Below the pieces are notes generated by a model. It saw only the letters and a program-made list of their open reading frames with translations. It ran no database searches and was not told the origin of the DNA. Positions 1 through 7,518 of a DNA stretch of 11,888 bases are shown here, one piece after another (the first letter of the stretch is position 1; each line of letters starts with the position of its first letter). A program made the translations under genes and the position numbers. The stretch is from Trueperaceae bacterium (GTDB taxonomy: Bacteria; Deinococcota; Deinococci; Deinococcales; Trueperaceae), in NCBI GenBank assembly GCA_040905465.1, contig JBBDRK010000053.1:11127-23014 (forward strand). The letters are read 5' to 3'.

Positions 1-803
1 CTGTCGCCGGCCGAATCCATCGCAGCCAGCAGGGCGCCTATACCGGGCAACACCGTGCACCGCTCCCGCCACGGACTCTGTTCGAGTCGGGCGTCGTCGC
101 CGGCGGTAGCGCCGCTGAGCACGAGCACTCCGGGAATGCCGACGTCGAGTGCCATCTTCACGTCGGTTTCGAGGCGGTCGCCGATCATGGCGCAGTCCGC
201 CAGGTCCACGCCGGCCCTGGCCGCTGCCTCTTCGATGAAGCGGCGGTTCGGCTTGCCTATGACCTCATCCGGGCGCCTTCCGGTGGAGGTTTCGATCAGC
301 GCCATAACCGAGCCGGCGTCCGGTATGTAGCCGCCCGCCACGGGGCAGTTGGAGTCCGGATGAGTGGCGATGTAATGGGCGCCGGCACGCAGCAGAGTGC
401 ACGCCTTGGTGAGCCGGGAGAAGCTCAGGGCGGGATCGAAGCCGAGCACCACGGCGTCCGCGTCGTTCTCCACGATCTGCACGTCGGCAGCAGCCAGCTC
501 GGCGGCCAGCGACGGTGTTCCCAGCAGGTAAACTCGCGCTCCCGGATGTTCACTGGCCATGAATCCGGCCGTGGCCTGACCGCTGGTGAACACGTTTCGC
601 CGGTCCACCGGGAAGCCGATTCGCTCCAGCTTTCCCACGTACTCCTGGGCGGCTTGCGACGAGTTGTTGGTGAGGAAAGTGTAACCGACGCCGTCACGGC
701 GGAAACGCTCTATCGTCGCCAGCGCACCGGGCAGAGGCTCGCCGCTCAGGTAGATGGTGCCGTCGAGGTCCAGAAACCAGTGCTGCACGTGTTGTAGCGT
801 CAT
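1..803 (-). CDS. HAD-superfamily subfamily IIA hydrolase (NagD-like sugar/nucleotide phosphatase), 3' end runs off the window
   Basis: Manual translation from ATG at 803: MTLQHVQHWFLDLDGTIYLSGEPLPGA...FLTNNSS...VVLGFD...IATHPDSNCP...IPDAGS...VIGKPN...MIGDRLETDVKMA...LVLSGAT. It has HAD motif I DxD, motif II TNN, motif III GKP and motif IV GDRLxTD. GAGG lies ~10 nt upstream. Open to the window edge (267 codons), so it is missing from the ORF track. Confidence 0.93.
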   Translation of the reverse strand, partial: MTLQHVQHWFLDLDGTIYLSGEPLPGALATIERFRRDGVGYTFLTNNSSQAAQEYVGKLERIGFPVDRRNVFTSGQATAGFMASEHPGARVYLLGTPSLAAELAAADVQIVENDADAVVLGFDPALSFSRLTKACTLLRAGAHYIATHPDSNCPVAGGYIPDAGSVMALIETSTGRRPDEVIGKPNRRFIEEAAARAGVDLADCAMIGDRLETDVKMALDVGIPGVLVLSGATAGDDARLEQSPWRERCTVLPGIGALLAAMDSAGD

Positions 804-866
804 CAGTCGGTTGCCTCGGGTTCCGGGCCGGCTTCCGCCGGCGGCGAGGTCGAGTCATTTTCTGAC

Positions 867-921
867 ACGAACTCTAGGGGATTCAGTCAAGAGAGTACGA
901 ACAGGCCGGCGTTCTGTCAAG
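867..921. repeat. Imperfect direct repeat with 30-bp period, ACGAAC-N9-TTCWGTCAAG
   Basis: ACGAAC at 867 and 897; TTCAGTCAAG at 882 and TTCTGTCAAG at 912. Confidence 0.6.
892..920 (-). promoter_or_regulatory. Sigma70-type promoter for the HAD-IIA gene
   Basis: Minus strand reads TTGACA (920-915), a 17-nt spacer, then TACTCT (897-892). It lies ~90 nt upstream of the ATG at 803. Confidence 0.75.
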
Positions 922-983
922 CGGCACGACTCCCTGGCGGGACTACCATCCCGAACGGGCAAGGGCGTCTCGTTGCAACCGAC

Positions 984-992
984 TGATATAAC
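984..992 (+). promoter_or_regulatory. Extended -10 element, probably leaderless promoter for the small membrane protein
   Basis: TG-A-TATAAC ends 6 nt before the GTG at 999; no Shine-Dalgarno sequence in between. Confidence 0.45.
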
Positions 993-998
993 CGGACC

Positions 999-1178
999 GT
1001 GATCCGTCTCTTCGCCCGCTTCCTGCTGCCGGCGCTGCTCTTCGCGGCCGGCCTCTTCTTCCTCCTGCAGGCCACCGGTGCCAGGCCCTTCCTCTCCTAC
1101 TTCCTGGCCGCAGTTTTCCTTGGGATGGGCATTGCCAGCGTGCAGCACGCCTGGAAGAAGCGGTCGGACCGGGAATAG
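999..1178 (+). CDS. Small hypothetical membrane protein, 59 aa, two predicted TM helices
   Basis: GTG..TAG translates to MIRLFARFLLPALLFAAGLFFLLQATGARPFLSYFLAAVFLGMGIASVQHAWKKRSDRE. It has two hydrophobic stretches, basic termini (positive-inside pattern) and GC3-rich codons like the neighbouring genes. It is shorter than any ORF in the supplied track. Confidence 0.75.
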   Translation: MIRLFARFLLPALLFAAGLFFLLQATGARPFLSYFLAAVFLGMGIASVQHAWKKRSDRE

Positions 1179-1210
1179 CGCACTGTCAGCCCAACACCTG
1201 CCGACAGCAG

Positions 1211-1238
1211 GGATGGCAGAATGACTATTTCTGCTTCC
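1211..1238. terminator. Hairpin between convergent genes, possible terminator
   Basis: GGATG-GCAGAA-tgactat-TTCTGC-TTCC stem-loop between the stops at 1178 (+) and 1263 (-); no clear U-tract. Confidence 0.3.
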
Positions 1239-1262
1239 GACTGCGGCAGCTACATGACGGCT

Positions 1263-1658
1263 TCAGCGGCTGTTGTTTTCGATCCAGGTAGCGAGCGCTT
1301 TCTCGGTTACCTCGCCGGCGGCGAGCGCAACGATGGTGTGGACTTCGTCCACCTGGTCGGGATCGAAGTTCAGACCGTTCAGCGCGGCGAAGACGGCTAC
1401 CAGCAGGACCGCAGTGCGCTTGTTGCCATCGACGAACGGGGGGTTGCGAGCCAGACCGAATCCGTAGGCGGCCGCAAGGCGGGGCGGCTGCGTAACGTTC
1501 TCGTAAGCGAAGAGATTGCGGGGCCGTTCGAGTGCGCTTTCCAGCTGGCCTTCGTCACGAATACCCGGAGAACCGCCGAAACGGGCGAGCGATTCGTCGT
1601 GCAGTGCGATGGCAATGGCCTTGTCGAGCCATCGGGGCTCTTTAGCGGGCGAGTTCAC
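1263..1658 (-). CDS. doc: Death-on-curing (Doc/Fic family) type II toxin, catalytic His replaced by Pro
   Basis: LHDESLARFGGSPGIRDEGQLESALERP...LAAAYGFGLARNPPFVDGNKRTA matches the Doc family (consensus NHPFxDGNKR). It overlaps the upstream antitoxin by 17 nt. Confidence 0.92.
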   Translation of the reverse strand: MNSPAKEPRWLDKAIAIALHDESLARFGGSPGIRDEGQLESALERPRNLFAYENVTQPPRLAAAYGFGLARNPPFVDGNKRTAVLLVAVFAALNGLNFDPDQVDEVHTIVALAAGEVTEKALATWIENNSR

Positions 1659-1869
1659 GGAGGGCGTCGCGGTGCCTCTTCATGTAGTCTCGACCCGCTT
1701 CCATCGCGTCGGCGAAGCCGGGGTCGAAGCTCGTCAGGCGGATGCCGTCGGGGGTCTTGACGATGTAGAGCGTGTCCCCTTCCGCGACGTCGAGCTCCTT
1801 GAGCAGATCCTTGCTGAGTATGACGCCGTAGGAGTTGCCTATCTTGCGAACAGTAGTGGAGTCACTCAT
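1642..1869 (-). CDS. AbrB/MazE/SpoVT-family antitoxin
   Basis: 75 aa with N-terminal swapped-hairpin signature VRKIGNSYGVILSKDLLKELDVAEGDTL and C-terminal RHRDALRELA typical of Doc-associated antidotes. Lies directly upstream of the toxin. Confidence 0.92.
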   Translation of the reverse strand: MSDSTTVRKIGNSYGVILSKDLLKELDVAEGDTLYIVKTPDGIRLTSFDPGFADAMEAGRDYMKRHRDALRELAR

Positions 1870-1875
1870 AGGATC

Positions 1876-1895
1876 ATTATAACCCCTGTTGTAAC
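1876..1895 (-). promoter_or_regulatory. TA operon -10 box (leaderless) overlapped by a putative autoregulatory operator
   Basis: Minus strand GTTACAAC-AGGG-GTTATAAT-gatcct-ATG. A perfect TATAAT sits 6 nt before the ATG, and two near-palindromic GTTAYAAY boxes form an inverted repeat (TTATAAC-N4-GTTGTAA). Confidence 0.7.
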
Positions 1896-1915
1896 GCAGA
1901 CTGGGTAAACGATAC

Positions 1916-1943
1916 GGCTGTACTACTCACGGTAGTACGAGCC
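1916..1943 (-). terminator. Stem-loop directly after the ALDH stop, probable terminator
   Basis: Minus strand GGCT(C)GTACTAC-cgtga-GTAGTAC-AGCC gives an 11-bp stem with one bulge, starting 8 nt after the stop codon, with a weak T-rich tail. Confidence 0.5.
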
Positions 1944-1950
1944 CTGCCCC

Positions 1951-3441
1951 TCAGCGGATCATCGTCCGTTCGCCGCTCCCCGAGTAGTTCACGAAGACGG
2001 TCTTGACCTCGGTGAAGAAGTTCAGCCCTTCCTCGCCCATCTCGCGCGGGCCAACTCCGGTGGACTTCGTGCCGCCGAAAGGCAGTTGCGCCTCGCCGCC
2101 GATGGTCGGCTCGTTGACGTGCACCATGCCCACCTCGCTCTCTTCGATAAAGCGCATCACCGAACGGTTGTCGCTGGTGAAGATTCCGGCGGTGAGACCG
2201 AACTCCACCCCGTTGGCCGCACGCAACGCCTCGTCGAGTCCCGAGACTTCGGTCACGGCCAGCACCGGGCCGAAGACCTCCTCCTGGAAAATGCGCATCC
2301 CCGGGCTGACCCCCTCGAAGATCGTCGGCTCGACGAAGTAGCCGCCACCCAGCTCGGCCGCCTTGCCGCCGTACACCAGCCGGGCCCCTTCGGAACGGGC
2401 GATCTCGATGTAGCTCATGTCGGTCTCGAACTGCTTGCTGTCGACTGCCGGCGCGAGGTCGCTGGACTCGTCCAGGCCCGGGCCGATCTTGAGCGCCGCG
2501 GCCTTGGCCACCAGCCTCTCGAGCAGAGCCTCTTTCACTCCGCGCTCCACCACCAGCCGTGATGTAGCGGTGCAGCGCTGACCGGTGGCGCCGAATGCTC
2601 CTCCGATTATCGCGGCGGCAGCGGCGTCCAGGTCGGCGTCCGCCATCACCACGACGGCGTTCTTGCCGCCCATTTCGCAGGTCACCCGCGCACCGCGCTG
2701 TGACGCCCTGGTATTGACGCCCAGACCAACGGCGTTCGAACCGGTGAACGACACCGCCCGCACGCGCGGATCGTCGACGATGGCGTTGCCCAACTCGGAG
2801 CCCGAGCCCACCACCATGTTGGCGACGCCGGCCGGCAAGCCGGCTTCGGCCAGGATCTCCATGAGGATAGCGGCGGTGCCCGGCGTCAGGCTGGCAGGCT
2901 TGAACACCACCGCGTTGCCGGCGACCAGCGCCGGTGCGGCTTTCCACACCGGGATCGCCCATGGGAAGTTCCAGGGGGTGATGAGGCCTACCACTCCCAG
3001 AGGACGCCGCAGCGTGTAGGTCTGGGTCTCGCGCACCTCGCTGGGCAGCGTCCTGCCGGAGATCCGGAAGCCGTCGCCGGCGTAGTACTCGAGCAGGGAG
3101 ATGCCCTTCTGGACTTCGCCCCGCGACTCCCGGATGATCTTGCCCTCCTCCAGGCTCATCACCTGGGCGATCTCCTCGAGCCGGCGCCGCGCGATATCGG
3201 CTGCGCGCCACAGAACCCGGCCCCGCTCGGGCGCCGGCGTGTCACGCCAGGCCGGCCACGCCGCTTCGGCCGCGTCTATCGCCCGGACGGCGTCCGCCCG
3301 GGTGGCGGCCGGAAACTCGGCGACCAACTCACTGGGGTCGGCGGGATTGACGACCCTGATAGATTGCTCGGAGTCGGGCTCGAACCACTCCCCACCAATG
3401 TACGAACCTGCCCGGAATGCCGGTTGCGACCTTACTGTCAC
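1951..3441 (-). CDS. NAD(P)-dependent aldehyde dehydrogenase (resembles the alpha-ketoglutaric semialdehyde dehydrogenase/YcbD-like subgroup), 496 aa
   Basis: Motifs ITPWNFP, FKPA, FTGS, catalytic Glu in EMGGKN, catalytic Cys in GQRCTATSR, EEVFGP and PFGGTK. Start set at GTG 3441 (not 3477) because AAGGAGG lies 5 nt upstream. Confidence 0.93.
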   Translation of the reverse strand: MTVRSQPAFRAGSYIGGEWFEPDSEQSIRVVNPADPSELVAEFPAATRADAVRAIDAAEAAWPAWRDTPAPERGRVLWRAADIARRRLEEIAQVMSLEEGKIIRESRGEVQKGISLLEYYAGDGFRISGRTLPSEVRETQTYTLRRPLGVVGLITPWNFPWAIPVWKAAPALVAGNAVVFKPASLTPGTAAILMEILAEAGLPAGVANMVVGSGSELGNAIVDDPRVRAVSFTGSNAVGLGVNTRASQRGARVTCEMGGKNAVVVMADADLDAAAAAIIGGAFGATGQRCTATSRLVVERGVKEALLERLVAKAAALKIGPGLDESSDLAPAVDSKQFETDMSYIEIARSEGARLVYGGKAAELGGGYFVEPTIFEGVSPGMRIFQEEVFGPVLAVTEVSGLDEALRAANGVEFGLTAGIFTSDNRSVMRFIEESEVGMVHVNEPTIGGEAQLPFGGTKSTGVGPREMGEEGLNFFTEVKTVFVNYSGSGERTMIR

Positions 3442-3473
3442 GCGAACCTCCTTACCGTCACGCGAAACTCCTT
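3430..3473. repeat. 20-bp tandem duplication (2.2 copies) spanning the ALDH RBS and start codon
   Basis: CTTACTGTCACGCGAACCTC (3431-3450) and CTTACCGTCACGCGAAACTC (3451-3470) are 18/20 identical. Confidence 0.85.
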
Positions 3474-3516
3474 GCACTGTCGTGCTCGGGACCGCTGTCC
3501 CCGAGGTGTTGGCGAC

Positions 3517-3522
3517 AGTCTA
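3517..3522 (-). promoter_or_regulatory. Candidate -10 box for the ALDH gene
   Basis: TAGACT (TANNNT) on the minus strand ~76 nt upstream of the GTG; no recognisable -35. Confidence 0.35.
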
Positions 3523-3565
3523 CCCGCCGCGCTCGCCGCCACGCTCGCCAGCGCGGCTCCCACGC

Positions 3566-3595
3566 TTTACAAGCCCTCGAAATCAGCCGTATGAT
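3566..3595 (+). promoter_or_regulatory. Sigma70-type promoter of the pyrimidine catabolism operon
   Basis: TTTACA (3566-3571), an 18-nt spacer, then TATGAT (3590-3595), in a locally AT-rich patch. Implies a ~120-nt 5' leader. Confidence 0.7.
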
Positions 3596-3720
3596 GACGT
3601 TCAACACAAAGTTTTTTCACCTTCTGGAGGCAAGAAACCACCCTATCGTCCGGCGGCGAGAAGGACGGGGGCACGCACCGCACCACCATCCCAGCGCACC
3701 TGTAGCTGAGAGGAGCAAGA

Positions 3721-4583
<863 letters not shown>

Positions 4584-4587
<4 letters not shown>

Positions 4588-6005
4588 GCCGAGACGCCGG
4601 CAGCAGCGCGGCAGTGAGCGCACCCGCCAATGAAGGCACCCGCCTGGAGCTGGCCGACCTGCAGGAACGCTTCACCGAGCTCAAGCCGCCGATGAGCGTG
4701 CGCGAGGCGCGCGTGGAGGCCAGCCGCTGCCTCTACTGTTTCGACGCCCCCTGCATCAAGGCCTGCCCCACCGACATCGACATTCCCACTTTCATCCGCA
4801 AGATCTCCACCGACAACCTTACCGGCGCGGCCGTGACCATACTCGAGGCCAACCTGATGGGCGCGTCGTGCTCGCGGGTGTGCCCGGTCGAGGAGCTGTG
4901 CGAGGGCGCCTGTGTGCTGGGAGCCGACCACAAGCCGATCGAAATCGGCCGGTTGCAGCGCTACGCTACCGACCACCTCTACGAGCGCGGGACCATGCCG
5001 TTCCGGCCCGCGCCCGACAACGGTCGCCGGGTGGCGGTAGTCGGAGCCGGCCCGGCCGGGCTCACCTGCGCCGGCGAGCTCGCCAAGCTCGGCTACGGCG
5101 TGACCGTATTCGAGAAGAACGACCTCCCGGGCGGGCTGTCGACCTACGGGATCGTGGTGATGCGTGAACCGATAAACGTTTCGCTGGAGGAGGTCGACTT
5201 CGTTCAGCGGCTGGGCGTCGACATCCGGGTAGGCCTAGAGGTGGGCAAGGACGTCACGGCCGAGCAACTCACCAGCGAGTTCGACGCAGTGTTCATCGGC
5301 GCAGGCATGGGCAAGGTTCCCGACATGCTCATTCCCGGTGAGGACTTGGACGGCGTCACCGAGGCGCTCTCCTTCATTGCCGAGACCAAGCTCGCCGAGA
5401 AGGAGGGCCTGGAGCGCTTGGCACAGTTGCCGATCGGCAAGAACGTCGCCGTCATCGGCGCCGGCAACACCGGCATAGACGCGGCCACCATCGCCAAGCG
5501 GCTGGGCGCGGAGCGGGTGACGATAGTCTATCGGCGGGGCGAGGAGCAGATGCCGGCATACGACTTCGAATACACCTTCATCAAGAACGAGGGGGTCGAG
5601 TTCCGCTTCCTGACCCAACCGGTCGAGGTAGTGGGCGAGGGCGGCAGGGTTACCGGGCTGCGCTGCCTGCGGATGCAGCTGTCGGCGCCCGGCGCCGACG
5701 GCCGCCGGCAGCCGGTACCGGTCGCCGACAGCGAGTTCGTGCTCGAGTGCGACCAGGTGATAAAGGCGATCGGCCAGGAGAAGCCGGCCGATCTCGTCAC
5801 GGCGTTCGGGCTCGACACCGATCGCGGCTACATCGCCGTGGACGACGGCTTGCGGACCGCCCATCCCAAGATCTTCGCGGGTGGCGACGCGGTAAGATCG
5901 ACTGGAGCAGCCATGACGGTCACCGCCGTCCAGGACGGCAAGATCGCGGCGAACAGCATCCACCAGTGGCTGGGCGGCGATGCACGCGCCGCAGCGGCGG
6001 ACTGA
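4584..6005 (+). CDS. preT: Dihydropyrimidine dehydrogenase FAD/NAD(P)H/Fe-S subunit (GltD-like)
   Basis: Fe-S motifs RCLYCFDAPCIKACP and CSRVCPVEELCEGAC; Rossmann motifs GAGPAG and GAGNTG; FAGGD. GTGA overlap with the upstream gene and adjacent to preA. The exact start could be slightly downstream. Confidence 0.92.
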
Positions 6006-6053
6006 GCGTATGTTTCACCGTTACCTCGCCCGCTCCCCCAGGAAAGGTTGGCC

Positions 6054-7409
6054 ATGGCAGACCTGAGTATCGACTTCGCCGGCGTGAAGAGCCCCAACCC
6101 GTTCTGGCTCGCCTCGGCGCCGCCCACCAACACCGCCTACCAGGTGAACAAGGCGTTCGAACAGGGTTGGGGCGGCGCGGTCTGGAAGACCATCGGCGCG
6201 CCGGTGCTGAACGTCAGCAGTCGTTACGGCGGTTTCGACTTCGGTACCAACCGGCTGGTGGCCATCAACAACGTCGAGCTGATCTCCGACCGCCCGCTGG
6301 CGGTAAACCTGCGCGAAATCGCGGAGGTGAAGCGGCTGTGGCCCGATCGCGCGGTGGTGGTGTCGGCGATGGTGGAGTCCAAGGCCGAGGCCTGGCACGA
6401 CATCGTGAGAATGATCGAGGATACCGGCGCCGACGCCATCGAGCTCAACTACGGCTGCCCGCACGGCATGAGCGAACGCGGCATGGGCGCCGCCGTCGGC
6501 CAAGTTCCGGAGTACTGCTCGATGATCACCTCATGGGCTACCGAGGTCTCGCACATTCCGGTCATCGTAAAGCTCACGCCCAACGTCACCGACATCGTGC
6601 CGCCGGCACGGGCGGCAGTGGCCGGCCACGCCCACGCTATCAGCCTGATCAACACGATCAACTCGATCGTCGGCGTCGACCTCGACAACTTCCAGATTCA
6701 GCCGAATGTCGGCGGCAAGGGCTCCCACGGCGGCTACGCGGGACCGGCGGTCAAGCCGATCGCGCTGAACATGCTCTCGGCCGTTGCCGGCGACGAGGAG
6801 GTCCAGCGGGCCGGGCTGCCGGTTTCCGGCATGGGCGGAATCCAGACCTGGCGCGACGCCGCCGAGTTCCTGCTCCTGGGCGCCACCAGCCTGCAGGTCT
6901 GCACCGCGGTGATGCACTACGGTTTCCGGATCATCGACGAACTCACCGATGGCCTCTCCAACTGGCTCGACGAGAAGGGGATCGCGTCGGTACGCGAGGT
7001 CATCGGCGCCTCGGTGCCGCGCATATCGGACTTCGGCGACTTCGACCTCTCCTACAAGACGGTGGCGAGGATCGACGAGCACAGCTGCATCAACTGCAAC
7101 CTCTGCTACATCGCCTGCGACGAGGGTGCCCATCAGAGCATCGACCTGCTGGTCGACGGCGTTCGGATCGACCCGCTCGACTATCGCGGGTCCGGCAAGG
7201 CCAAACCGGTGGTGGCCGAGGAGCGCTGCGTGGGCTGCAACCTATGCTCGCTGGTCTGCCCGGTCGACGGTTGCATCACGATGGTGGAGGTGCCGCCCGA
7301 GCGAGCAAGCGTCACCTGGAACGAGATCAGTAGGCGCCAGCCGGAGGTGACCGCCGACTGGGCCGCGATGGAGGAGTACCGCAGGAAGACAGGAATCGAC
7401 ATCCACTGA
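6054..7409 (+). CDS. preA: Dihydropyrimidine dehydrogenase FMN/pyrimidine-binding subunit
   Basis: NPFWLASAPPT, GAVWKT, NVELISDR, active-site ELNYGCPHGMSERGMG, VKLTPN, INTINS; C-terminal 2x[4Fe-4S] motifs CINCNLCYIAC and CVGCNLCSLVCP. ATG 6054 chosen because AGGAAAGG precedes it. Confidence 0.96.
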   Translation: MADLSIDFAGVKSPNPFWLASAPPTNTAYQVNKAFEQGWGGAVWKTIGAPVLNVSSRYGGFDFGTNRLVAINNVELISDRPLAVNLREIAEVKRLWPDRAVVVSAMVESKAEAWHDIVRMIEDTGADAIELNYGCPHGMSERGMGAAVGQVPEYCSMITSWATEVSHIPVIVKLTPNVTDIVPPARAAVAGHAHAISLINTINSIVGVDLDNFQIQPNVGGKGSHGGYAGPAVKPIALNMLSAVAGDEEVQRAGLPVSGMGGIQTWRDAAEFLLLGATSLQVCTAVMHYGFRIIDELTDGLSNWLDEKGIASVREVIGASVPRISDFGDFDLSYKTVARIDEHSCINCNLCYIACDEGAHQSIDLLVDGVRIDPLDYRGSGKAKPVVAEERCVGCNLCSLVCPVDGCITMVEVPPERASVTWNEISRRQPEVTADWAAMEEYRRKTGIDIH

Positions 7410-7414
7410 GAGAT

Positions 7415-7468
7415 GGGCCGCCGCGGTAGTTCCGCAGACGCAACGGCGGCCCGAAAGTGCCGCGGCCC
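7415..7468 (+). other. GC-rich intercistronic stem-loop between preA and hydA
   Basis: GGGCCGCCG (7415-7423) pairs perfectly with CGGCGGCCC (7444-7452). A second GCGGCCC copy is at 7462-7468. No U-tract. Confidence 0.5.
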
Positions 7469-7518
7469 GACAGCCAGCGACGCGAACTCGACCACCCGCG
7501 TTTCCCGGAGGAGCCAGC

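Larger units (their letters stand above)
802..987. repeat. 13-bp perfect inverted repeat pair (802-814 and 975-987) flanking the divergent intergenic region
   Basis: ATCAGTCGGTTGC at 802-814 is the exact reverse complement of GCAACCGACTGAT at 975-987. Confidence 0.75.

Noticed and set aside
55-1148. ORF-track ORFs 55-330, 360-797, 425-697, 754-1002 and 855-1148
   Set aside because: They are antisense or off-frame shadows of the HAD-IIA gene and the 59-aa membrane gene, with no recognisable motifs.
3442-3477. Longer ALDH start at 3477 (MQGVSRDGKEVR extension)
   Set aside because: No SD upstream of 3477; a strong AAGGAGG precedes GTG 3441, and the extension is just the 20-bp duplication read in frame.
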